Shown piece after piece: positions 25,100 to 36,858 of a DNA stretch of 64,000 bases. This DNA comes from Amoebophrya sp. A120 (lineage: Eukaryota > Protista > Dinoflagellata). Numbering within the stretch: the first letter of the stretch is position 1; every line of letters starts with the position of its first letter. A model generated the notes under the pieces. It made no database searches. It had not been told where the DNA came from and saw only the letters and a list, made by a program, of their open reading frames with translations. The stretch lies in contig CAJINV010000003.1 in the NCBI GenBank assembly GCA_905178155.1, forward strand, positions 393,091 through 457,090. Reading direction: 5' to 3'. The position numbers and the translations under genes were made by a program.

Positions 25100-26466
25100 A
25101 TGACTTTGTAAAATTTCAATTTTTTTCGGCACTGCTGGTAGTTGTGCATTTCAAAAGAGTTTTGCTTTTGCATTTCTCAATTTGAAATCATGGCAAGAAA
25201 ATGATCATGTTGCTGGAATAGGAATTCATCATCGTGCTACTTAAATCTTAAATCAATGAAAGGCAACGAAATACGTCCGAGTGCTTTCGCGGGCGTTTGC
25301 CTATTTGGAAGATGTTGACGAGACGGCGATTTTCTTTCTCGAGCACGCCGGCTGCAAGGTACTCGCCTGGGAACGTATGGCCCTCCTGCAGGCTATCCGG
25401 GACTATCGCGCAAGCAGAAGGAAGTAGGTCCTCTCCTTCTCCGCGTGTCGCACGTAAATGCAAGTTGAAATTCAAACGCGAGGACGTATGGAAAACGAAA
25501 TTTTAGATGCTAGGCATAAAAACATGTAGCATTGCAGTCACGGAAGCGAGTGTCGTTGTAGCCGGAGTGGAGCGACCGTTTCGAGCTTCTAAATGGTACA
25601 AGCTGCAGTTGAATCTGGGCGTGTAGAATTTTTTGCGGATCAACAGCGCCAGCACTGAATGCGAACTAACAAACTACTCCATCATAGAAAACGCATTGTT
25701 TCTGCAGTAATGGATCTCCTTCTCTAATAGACGTCCTGCTGAGATCTACTGCCCACGACGGTTTTGTACCTCGGGAACCAGTTTCACGACATAGTAGTTG
25801 CAGGTTGAAAATAAAAAGCGTTTGCGGTTACGCAGCACAATAACAACAATACCAATAAGTGGCTTTGTATCGTGCTGCGTGCTCTGGCGATAGCCACGAG
25901 CAGCGCGCGACGGTAATTTGCACGCGTAGAGCGATTTCAATTTCTACAGCGCAGCGGCGATTGCAATGTTCGAACACGGAGGAAAACGAAAAGATCTCGT
26001 TTCTTGTAGCAGCAGCGCGCCAGGATTATTAGGGATATAGACCGCGGCTTTAGCTTTTTGGAACGGCACGCGTCATGTGTAGTAGTATGTGAGGGCGAGT
26101 TGCATTTGTGAATGTGAAGCGCCTCCTACTACTTCTTCATCTTTTTTCTCGGCAATAACAGCAGCCTTTTCATCTTTTCACCGTTTTTTTTGCATTTAAA
26201 TGACCGCGGCACCGATATCGAAACAGAATCAGATTGCCGACGAGGCGGCCTTTGGTTTTGACAGTTCTTTGGATGATTTGGGACTTTGATGTTTTCACGG
26301 AACATTTTTTGGCGTTGTGTTTTCCGAGTTTTGATAAAGATAAAGTAAGACTTCTTTTTGATTTTGTGTTTGTAAAGAGAAAATAAACGTAAGAATTGCT
26401 TTGTCTCCCCATTGTATAAGAATGTTGTTCAGGTCTTCGCATTTGCATGCGGCGGCTCTGGCAACC

Positions 26467-29400
26467 ATGTCGCTTTTGGATCTCCTCAGAGAACAAAATT
26501 TCATCGTTCATGCCGCACGTGTGTCTCCCTCGGTTGAGCGTGGTGCGCCAGCCGCCCGATCGTCCGGACCTGGACCGGGAGGAGGAGCTTCGTCTTCCCA
26601 GCGCCCGCTTGCCAGGTCTAGTACTTCCGGAGCTAGTACGCAATCGAAATGGAACAAGGTGCCGCTGGATCAACATGTGGCGAAAAGTACTAGACCAGAA
26701 ATCTTCAAGTGTACCATGTGTGAAGTGCTGGGCAACGATGACCGCCCAGCGATGCATGCACCCTACGCGACCTGCAAAGCAAATTGTGGTCCTACCGGGG
26801 GAAATAAGTGCGGTTGCCACTACTGCAGTTCCTGCTATGCCAATATGTGCATTCCGGGCTTCGTAGGCGGCAATTGCCTCATCAAAAGCACTTCCGACGT
26901 CGAAGCACTTGCCCGGGAAGGAAAATTGACGGAAGAGGAGGACGTGCATTTCATGCAGGTGAGCCATAGATCATTTCATTTTAGATAATGTTCATGTTGA
27001 TTTGAATTTGATATTTTTACGTAGTTCATATAGTGGGTGTGGTAGGATCGTCGCATCTTGATGAAGGTGATTTTTTTTCCTTCCTGGCTTCGAACTATTT
27101 CGTGATTGAGAGATAAAATACACATCAATTCAACAGGCCGACGACCATCACTTCACGAGCCCCAAGCGCAACTGCTGTCGCTGCCAAGCTGACCTGGGAG
27201 AAAAGAACGCCGACCAGGAGGCACTTTTCTTGGAGGCGCTGAACCGGGGTGTGGGACTGATGACGCTCCCGCAGCGTCAAGCTTTGAAGAAGTTGAAGTC
27301 CGGCATGCACCAAAACCTGGTCGCGTGGACCATGGCAATGTACTGGTACGTTACCGTATTAGTGCCCTTCGCGCGGAAACACAAGCTGCAGAACCCCTCC
27401 GAGATCTGCAACCACTTAGCGGAGGCCACGGGATTTTCACTCTCGTCTCCGTCCTCTGGTGGAGCCTCGGGGTCGTCGTCCGGTAGTGCCGGGACGTCGA
27501 GCGGGCAGCAGAAGTCTGTCGTGAACATCAAACCGGGGGTAAAAGCCAAGGGAAAGCTCCTGCTGCACAACAAGATGAAGGAACAACACCTGGAAGAAAA
27601 GTCCACAGTAAACCTGACAACACCGAGTGCGCGGGAAGCTCAGGAAGAGCTCCAGCTGACGCAAGAAAACTTTGCACAGCTCGTGGGCCGGGATTGCAAC
27701 GCGATGTTGCATTTCTTTGCAAATACTTTCGACCGCGGCTTCCAGGCTGAGTTTTCTTCCCGTCTCGCCGAAAGTAGCGCGGCACCCATGATGGGGCTAG
27801 TGCAAGGTGAGCTCGGCGAGGAAGATCATCACGACGAAGACGTCGAACTAGACGAGGCTAGTAGCAAACATCAGTCCAGCGAGAAAATCATGGGGCACCG
27901 TCCGTCCGCAAGTAGCGGTAGCACAACAGGCACACATCAGACACATGAAGACGCAGCAAGACCAGGCACGGGCACTACAACTCTGAGCCTCAGCACCTCT
28001 GCAACCAGCCCGTCCGGGACCTCCGACTACTTTGGGCAGGGTGTCGTGGTTCCTGGTTCACCAATCGCCGGCACTGTATCGGGAGCGGCCTCACCGACGG
28101 CTTTGTCTTCGCCCGCGGCAGATCAACACGCTGGCACAGCCTATCAACTACAATCGGAAGAAGAGTGGCCTCCCCTTCGCCGACCGCCGGTTCCGGCGGC
28201 CGCCCCGCGCGACAGCAGCTCCGAGGTGGACCCATCATCGCCGAAATCACCAAAGCAACGAGGCCCGCTGTTGAACAAGTCGGCGGCAGTAACCTCCACC
28301 ATTGCCAAGGTTGTGAGCAAAGTTTGTTGCAATGCGGAGAAAAATAAGTCTCCCGTGACGCAGCTGCAGGCCACGACCAGTCCGCGATCTCCGAGCGGGT
28401 CTTCAGACGCCGGCGCCATGGTCCCACCACCGCCGCCGCCAATGAAGATGAAAGGTTCTAGTAATATGCTCACTTCCATTGTCCCCGGCACCAGCGGGGC
28501 CGCGAAGAGTACTAAAGCGGCTCCAGCTGGGATAGCAAGTTCCTCCGCACACAACACCACCACAGCCGCAGCTGCGGTTTCAAAAGCGAAGTCTGCTGCC
28601 GCGGCCGCACGGGCAGGTGGGCAATTGCTGCCGAAAAAAGCCGTGCGAAGGCAATTCTCGTCCTCCACACCGCTCGCGCAAGGTTCCCCCGCGACCCCGG
28701 ATGACTACCAACAAGGCTTTGAACAAAGCATGCGCGGCGCCATTAGTGTGTGGAAGCTCGCACTGGAAAACCTGGAAGCGAAGGGCCTCACCCCGGTTTA
28801 CGCGCTGCCAAAGACAAGTACCGAATTATGCGGGTCTAGTACAACCTCGAAGTTTGAACCCGTCCGGGCGGTCTTGGAAAGCGAAGAGATGGACAGCGTA
28901 ATTCCGCTGTTGGACCAGTGGGACCGCGAACTGTACGACAGGGCGCTGCCGCTGGGAAAATCCGAGTACTACAAGTCCATACACTCCCCGCAGGCCGAAG
29001 AGTCGCGCCGGGAGGACGCCCTTGTTGCCCTCAGTTTCGCCGCCGACGACGAAGATTTGTCGGCTTTCATGTCCCCAGCAGAAATCGAGGCACAGCGACG
29101 CATGCTAGAGATGTACAAACACGGCAGCTCTAGTGCGAGCGGTGGAGCAGAACCTCGTCGCGGCGGTGGGGGTTCCACAACGGCCTCGAGCGCCGCGCGC
29201 GACCGGTCTATGGAAGCAGAGGATCGCGATCACCGCGCCGGGTGGCGGGGCGGGGGTGATTATTATGATCCGCGTGAAGATCAAGATTATGGCGGTCCCT
29301 ATTACAACTACGACGACGAAGAGGAGGAGTACTATCGCCGGAGGCGGGGGTACAACGACCAGGGAGGTCACGACGACCACGAGCAGGGCCACGATTATGA

Positions 29401-30016
29401 TGACTATTACCGTCAGCGAGGCGGGTACGACCAAGGCTACGATCATAGACAAGACGACTTCTATGGTCGCGGCTACGGGCCACGAGATTCGTCCGCAGGC
29501 GCGCGGGGTGGATATGATCACCAGGACTACGACGACGGCCAATACCATCGTGAGTGGGATAGAATTGAAGACGAGCAGTACCATGCGGACCAGGAGCGAG
29601 GATGGTGGGATCGCGACCAGGGCTGGAGTGGATACTACGATCATCATCAGGGCGAAGACGACCGCCAACGTCATAGAGGCTGGACTTCATCTGCGACCAC
29701 CGACTACGCTGATCATACCCAAGGACTAGAGCACCAGGATCAACATCATGATGGCCCGCGTCGCATCGCGCGGCGGGACAGTGCACACGAGCGCTTCGGT
29801 GCTGAAGGACGAGACGAAAGAGAGCGTGCTAGTACTGCCACTCAGCATCCACCACTTGCTTCCGGTAGTGCTGGGTCCAGCTATCGACCGGCGCCCGCGT
29901 GGACGTCGGAACGGGAGGTAGGTAGAGGTAGTCATGACGAGCCCGTCGAGCCAAGGACCGAAGACACTGACGGCGTCGCGCACGGAGAACAACAGGGTAC
30001 TAGTACTTCATCTTAA
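26467..30016 (+). CDS. Hypothetical protein: N-terminal Cys-rich (Zn-finger-like) region, long low-complexity Ser/Ala region, Tyr/Asp/Gly/Arg-rich C-terminus
   Basis: Exon 26467-26958, GT-AG intron 26959-27136, exon 27137-30016 in frame with the 928-aa ORF. Cys pattern CTMC..CKANC..CGCHYCSSC..C..C..CCRC. Confidence 0.6.
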
Positions 30017-31297
30017 ATTAGGTCTTTGCGTCGTTGCTGTACTATTTCGTAAGAAAGTGTGAAAGTCGTGACCTAGGCCTGATCGTGATTTTTTACGTCG
30101 ATCACAGCACTGTGAACTCTTTATTTTCATCGCCAACATAAGTTGGAAGGTCAACGACCATGGTGGTCCTCTTTTTTAGTTACACAATAGCCTTTGCACC
30201 GATGTGTACGAACACCACCGCCATGAGAACAAGGATGTTTCAAATTATGAATTTTCTTGCTCTTGGTCTTGGCGCAACTTAAACTTTAACTTTTTGCTTT
30301 TCGCTACCCGTACCCCTGATTTTGAGCCACCTCATCTCTCAATCTCTTCAAGAGGCAGCAGCGTGCCGTTTTTACTTTAGTCGCATCGGACCATGTTCAA
30401 GAATACAGATTATCGTCGTCTTTCAGCATTCGACCTCATGCGTGAACATCGCGAAACATGTTGTGTGTGACCAATTTACTACGGATCTGCAGCGCATCTC
30501 AAAACTAGCACTCGCCACGCAAAACCTCTACTTTATTTCGTTGTAATCTCCACTCACTTAATGTGTACTAGCAAAAGTAGAACGAGCAAGTGTCGTGCAC
30601 AGACATGGGGGAATTCACATCGACCGTGATGTGCGGTTAGACCAGAAGATCGAAGGAAGGACCACCTTTCTATATGTGTATCCATAATTTCTATTTCATC
30701 GATGGACACGAAAACCGATTGACCCGAATGTGATCGAAGAGGCACCACTTTTCCTCGGTGCGGATGCACCTGCTTCTCCGACTACACCTGGGAATCATAC
30801 GCAAGTATGCGTGAGAAATGTTTCTACAAAAGCAAAACTGTGGTCGGCTCTGCATTCATATTTTTCTTGTTTGATCGCGTTGTCGTTTGCACGGACGACG
30901 TTTGCTAAATTCTATACGATTACTTTTTTTTCTGCTCGTGGCTCCTACCCCGTTCTCTTTTCTATTCCCGACGGACCAATGAATAGCTCGAAGTAGCCGT
31001 GCACGTGACTGCAATGAAGAAGTGGTTCTTTTGCTTGGGACTTTTTTTGTCGGTCTGACTGTGGTTCTCTTTCTTGGGGCTTGGCTCTTTGGCCGGCTCA
31101 TAGAAACGTTAAAATCCAACTTGATGCATCTCGAGTGCATCTCGAGTTGGAATAATTATTGAAGAGGGCGGTGTGTGGACCACCAAGCGGAGAAGCAAAG
31201 TCTTACCTCAGGATTTGTCTTTGTTGCGTTACAGCTTCATACGTACGATTACATTGATGTACATTCATGTTGTTGCAATTCAAAAAAAATGTCACAG

Positions 31298-32694
31298 CTT
31301 CCGGTGCGTGGCGTGCATGGCGCGGATGGACGCAAGCGGGGGGAGGACAAGAATCGGCGCATGATGGTGGTTGGACCGGGTATGATTATGGGAGGTCGCA
31401 AGCAGGTTACGAGTACGACTACCAAGAGCACCATCATGCGCAGTATGACCACCTTGACCGCGCGCACAATCACCCCGTCGTCTCGGACTCAAGTCGTATG
31501 CAAAGTGGAGCTCCTGCAAGTGGTGCCGCAGGACGAGAACAACTGCCGCGTACCTCCGCAGCAAACACGGCCTGGGGTCGTGCCTGGCCGACGTCTGGGA
31601 CGAGCAGTGTCGCGCACCAGGCGCCAATTTCGCAAGATGGAAGGATGGCCACTACTTCGGAGGCACACTCACGCGGCCAGCCAACATCGGCTGCTCGTAC
31701 TGAGCAGGCGGTTCCGTTCGCGTCGACCGGCGCTTCGACTTCGAGTACTTCTGCAGCGAGTACATCTGCCGCCAAACGAGTCTGGCGAAGTATCCCCGGG
31801 GCCCCAACTGCAACGACGTCTGCTTCTAGTAGTAGTATGACGAGAGGCGGCGGTGGTGCGCAGATCCAGGGAGGGGCCGCGGGAGGAGCAGCTGCTGCTG
31901 CACAACGTGATTTTGTTCAGCAGACCACGGGAGCTTCCGGGGCGGGACCTTCATCACAGTTTGACCGTGGACAGTTTGGTGAGACCGCTCCGCTGTTCGC
32001 AAATAGGGGCCCCGGTTTGGAGACCCTGTTCACAGCGGCCACTATGAGCCGCATGGGCAACATCCAGCACTTGTCTTCGACCGCTCCTGCTCCGGAACCA
32101 CCGGGTCCAGCAGCACAGGAACAAGAAATCGTGGCTGCTTTATTGGAAGACGACCCCCGCAGCATGCGATACCGAGATGAAATACTATCAGCATGGCCCG
32201 GTATATTGGAAACCGTCGGCGCGGCAGGGCAGGGGCCTCCCGGGAGGGCCGCGGCTTCGTCCCGCCAGACCGCAATAATGCCCGGAATCGCAGCCAGAAT
32301 GTCGGAGCTGGGCGTGTCGTCTGTGCCGCCGCCTACCAAGGCGCCACCACGGAATGTTCACTTTGGTGGAACAGCGACTCCTCGAGGACCGTCGCAGGTG
32401 GTGGCAGATGGCGTGTCATCAAACGGAGCGCCGAGAACGGCAGTGCAGAACGCAGCCGCGCCGACGTCATCTTCAGGTATGACGACCACCAGCGCCGGAG
32501 CTTTTTCTCGCATGTTGGCACCACCACCAGCACCAGCAGTAGCGGCATCAAATCTCGCACCACCGCAAATGCGACCAGGAGGCGCAGCTGCGCCGACGGC
32601 TGCTGGATCGCACCAGCACCAGCATATCTCCGATCACTACCGTCGAGCGCCTGGGGTACTTGGATTATCTTTTACTTGCTACAAAAGTGTGTGA
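31298..32694 (+). CDS. Exon of a low-complexity Ala/Gly/Pro/Ser-rich hypothetical protein (gene ends unresolved)
   Basis: 475-aa GC-rich ORF with a possible acceptor CACAG at 31297. No recognisable domain. Confidence 0.45.
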
Positions 32695-34765
32695 TGATCT
32701 TACTGGCTTGAATTCTTTATGTCCTCATTTTCAGCTACTACATCGTGATTGTTTTGCTTTCAAATAAAATCAAAATCTCATGCGGACGAATAGCGATTTT
32801 TTTATTTTTTTGGTACTTTGGTGCGATGAAAAAGAAAATGAATCAGAATCTGAACATATCCAAAAAAGACTATGCGACTCGATAATTATATCAGGCGCAG
32901 GAGCGCGGAACGGTAGCAGCGCGGCACATTGCCGCTCGACGACCTCCTGCTCCTACCAGGTTGCAACCCGGGGGCAGCGGGACAGCAGCGACTACAAATG
33001 CAAATCCGGCTGGCACCAGTATCCGGCCGGGGTCCACGACAAATGATCATGTGCCCGTTGTTCAAGGTCGGAGAGCGCAGATGTAGGATGGTTTATTTTC
33101 TTAAGACTTTCATTCTTCTTGCTTTTCTTTTTCCAGGGGGACGAAGGGTGGTGGCCCTTGCCGAGCCAGACGTATGCTCTAGACCACTTTGACTTTGTCT
33201 TCAACTTTAAGTTTGATTTTTGTCTTGATTTACTATGTGCTAAAAACAGCACATCGATTTATTGCAAGTTTTGGCCTAGAAAATATAGTCTTTTGTAGAC
33301 AACCCTCTAGAAGTTCTTTTTTTTTTGCCCTTGCAACGATAAAATTCCAACTGCAATGTCTTGCTTTCGAGAATATGAATATCAATAGCGAAGATAGTAC
33401 CGAAGTAGTTTTTCCCTCAGAAAATGACAGTTACCAATTTATGGAGAAGAAGAAACAACAGAAGCAGGAGCGTTAGCGCGTCTGTGAGTGGTTTGAAAGA
33501 AAAAAAAAAATTGTTGCGAACCTCACAGTTTTACGCCCGAGACAAGCCATATCGTGTTTTTCTTTCGAATCTGGTGTCGCCTTTCATCTTTCGAAGCAGC
33601 TTCATGATCTGTTTCATTGCTTCTTGGCCTAGATCTGCACCTGTCAAGTTCGAGAAGCTGAAGTTCCAGACCTGCAGGATCACAAGTAACGACTGATCAA
33701 TTGAGGATTCGGCTAGAATTTTTTCATTAGCAACTTGCATAATTCGTTCACCAGCACGCTCAGGAGGAACTGAAGGAGTTCTGAGCAGGGAGGCCGCCAG
33801 AGGAAAGCACCTCGCCTACGGTAGCTGGCAATGGTCCGCTTCTCGCGTTTCTACCTTCCTGCCCCGGCAGGCCCGGCTCTCCACCCCTCAGCTGCTCCAG
33901 CTGCTCTGGCCTGTTAGTGTTGAGGATTCGGGCTGACCACGGGGGGGTCGACTGCTCTCCGGAAATTTGTCTGCACCCCCACCAGAGAGGGTGTTCAGGA
34001 CGCCCCCCCTACCGGAGCTGCAGACAAATTTCTGGAGAGCAGTTACCAATGCCAATGCGGTTTTGGCTTCCCCAGAAATTTGTCTGCACCCCCACCATTT
34101 GCCCCCCATTGCGACCGCCCTGGCCCCGGACGGGAAGGTCCGGCCCGGACTCCAGGGCTGCCGTTTTTGATCTCCTTCAGAGGCCCAGAGAAAGGTAGCG
34201 AAGAATGAGAAACGCAAGAGAGTTAGGCCTTCAATACTCTTGAGCCACCCCCGCAATGACGCACTCCCCCGTGTCCGCCATCTCGTGCATGAAGTGTCCT
34301 GATTTAACAGGGGAAGTCGCAACTCTGCCACGTTTCGGGCAGCAGTCTTGTTCCCAGTAGCAGGAATAGAGGCGGCCTCGCGCCGCCGCAAAAGTGAACT
34401 TTTGAATTTTTCAGCCGCAGACAAAATTCCTCTTGGTAATTCGGCTAGAATTTTTTCATTAGCAACTTGCATAATTCGTGTTTACCAGCACGCTCAGGGG
34501 GAACTGAAGCGACCGGCATCGCGGGATCCGCTCGTAAGTGGCTGCCTTTGGCAGCCCTGTATGAATGACATGATGTTGGACAAAGTTCGTAGAGAATACC
34601 ATGCGGCAGCGGCACGCACCCCGCGCCGGTGGCACGGTGGATGTTGCTTCGTCCAAATGGCGCGGTGTTCGGGACGGCCAAAGTGCCCGAATCCGCTCGG
34701 GGAACGCGTTAAAAACGCAGGCATTTCCATGCCTGTGGCCAGAAAAGTCGCGAGTTTTCCTGCTC

Positions 34766-34972
34766 AAAAGACTTTGAAAAGACTTTGGAAAGACTTCGGG
34801 AAAAGCGCCCGGAAGAGCGCGCTTTTTGAAAGCTTCGCCCGATGGTATGGCCAATTTTGGCCATGCAAAAACGGGAGCGCTTTTCAAAGTCTTTTCAAAG
34901 TCTTTTCGAAGTCTTTTCAAAGTCTTTTCGAAGTCTTTTCCAAAGTCTTTTCAAAGTCTTTTCGAAGTCTTT
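34766..34972. repeat. Fold-back of 11-bp tandem units: (AAAAGACTTTG)n facing (CAAAGTCTTTT)n around the palindrome ATGGCCAATTTTGGCCAT
   Basis: About 3 units on the left and about 8 on the right in inverted orientation, read directly from the sequence. Confidence 0.8.
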
Positions 34973-35141
34973 TGTCTGACTTTGGCGAGGCCCCCGGGCC
35001 TCAGACTTTGGCACGGGAAAATGGACCATACCGTCGGGATTCGGCCAGTAGGGCGGGTCCAAAAGAGGCAAAGAAGGCCAATTTTGGCCATTCGTGTGCT
35101 GCCGTGCCCCCGGGGCTGCGCGCGTGCCGCATGGTACACGA

Positions 35142-35203
35142 ACACGAACTCGCCAGTCGGGCGCCCGACTGGCGAGTTCGTGTAAGTCGATTTCGACTTA
35201 CAC
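35142..35203. repeat. Perfect ~42-bp palindrome followed by a second hairpin
   Basis: ACACGAACTCGCCAGTCGGGCGCCCGACTGGCGAGTTCGTGT, then GTAAGTCGATTTCGACTTAC. A partial copy recurs at about 35291. Confidence 0.85.
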
Positions 35204-35678
35204 GCGATTTCGACCTTCCTCGTGTCAGTGACACGCGACCATCCTAAAAGAAAATCCATCTCCGGAGTTCGTGTCAGTCGAAATCGCCTTACACGAACTC
35301 GCCAGTCGGGCGCCCGACTCCCCCCTTCTGAATTGTAGTGTCGTCGTGTTTAACGTCGAAATCCGACGGCACGCTGGATCGCCAAAAACCCTCTTCCGCA
35401 ACACACATCCTCAAACATTTCTGGGACCTAGAGAGCCCTCTGCTACGCCCCTGTTTCTTCAGGTGGTCATAGAAAAATTTTTGCGCGCTGCGCGCGCGTA
35501 AATGCCCCCTACGGCATGTGCCGCCACGAGTCAAAAGAAAAAACTCGCTCGCGCGCCGCGCGCGAACCACTTCAAACCACACCAGACTTCGCCCCGCAAG
35601 AAGTACGTCTGTCAGTGCGTCTGTTGGCATAATTCGTTCACCAGCACACTCAGGAGGAACTGAAGAAGTTCCTACTTG

Positions 35679-36372
35679 TACTCAGAGAAAAACTGTGATA
35701 CAGAAAAAAATTTGAAATTTTGATTCGCAGCAACGCTGCGGATACGGTTAAACTACTTTGCATTTGGTCGACAGAGCGACATTGCAAAGTCGTCAGCTGG
35801 TTGCAGGCTCCGGACGACGAAAACCGGCCCACCAAGATTGGGCAGACCTAAACCCACCACACCATGAGGAATGAAATTGAATTTGCGACGCGTTATCGTA
35901 TTTTTTGCATGACGCCAACGAAGGCGCTGAGAAGTTTTTCCGTCGAGTGCTCCGGCGAGTACCTCGGTCGAGCTGCTGTATCACACTTTTACAAATACAA
36001 TTTCACTAAGCGGAAGCTAACGCCGGTGCTATGGTGGATTTGTAAAAGTGTGATACAGGAGCAGCGCAGTGCACTCGTGCGAGCACTACCGCGATCTGCT
36101 GTATCACAGTTTTCCAACTGGCCAAGTGTTGCGCTTCAGCTGTCTTCCAAAAGTGCTCACTTCGCATATAAAAAATGAGATATATTCGCTGGACTTGATT
36201 CCAGTCCCTGCCTCACGGTCGCCACCTCGACCACCTACTTACCTGCTCTGGCCGCCCATTGCGGCGTGTGGTCTTTGGCTGCAAGTCGTTGCGGCAACCG
36301 CACTCAAATACTGTTCGCCTCGGCGAGTCAAAATTTCAAATTTTTTTCTGTATCGCAGTTTTTCTCTCAGTA
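35679..36372. mobile_element. Intergenic MITE (694 bp) with ~50-bp TIRs and 5-bp TSD ACTTG; same terminal architecture as the introners
   Basis: TACTCAGAGAAAAACTGTGATACAGAAAAAAATTTGAAATTTTGA ... TCAAAATTTCAAATTTTTTTCTGTATCGCAGTTTTTCTCTCAGTA. ACTTG at 35674-35678 and 36373-36377. Empty paralogous site CCT-ACTTG-TTCATGCTC at about 36446. Confidence 0.9.
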
Positions 36373-36858
36373 ACTTGCTCATGCTCACTAACACGTAACT
36401 AGCATAATTCGTTCACCAGCACGCTCAGGAGGAACTGAAGAAGTTCCTACTTGTTCATGCTCATACGCCTGCACTAACACGTAAGCGTTTTTTTTTGCGA
36501 TCATTGAAATGTATAGTAGAACACGACAAGGTTGGTGGAAATGAAATCATCTCCATCTCGTTGGTGTGATCTGTCGAAGCTATCAAGCTCAAGCATGTGC
36601 CATCTATAGGAATCACTACTTTAGGTTCATAGTATGACATTCCGGTTGTACTACTACGCATTGATTTTTTTATAGAAGCCTTCTGAAGAATCTGAGTCGT
36701 CTTGGTCAACAAGGGTTGTAGTCCAAGCCATGATCGAAATACTTACAATGCAGAATGCGCGAAATGCTTACAATGTAAGTGTTTCGTTCATTCTTTTCTC
36801 TTGTATGCAGGTACTCCACTTCTACCTCAAGATCAAAAACAAAATCTTCAACATTTTT

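Larger units (their letters stand above)
33737..36440 (+). repeat. Four dispersed copies of a ~39-bp direct repeat GCATAATTCGTTCACCAGCACGCTCAGGAGGAACTGAAG
   Basis: Copies at 33737-33775, 34469-34509, 35627-35665 and 36402-36440. Copies 1-2 share an extra upstream TTCGGCTAGAATTTTTTCATTAGCAACTT. Copies 3-4 share downstream AAGTTCCTACTTG. Confidence 0.85.

Noticed and set aside
33737-36440. CRISPR-like array or integron cassettes
   Set aside because: Intervals are 0.7-1.1 kb and irregular, there is no cas or integrase gene, and the context is eukaryotic.
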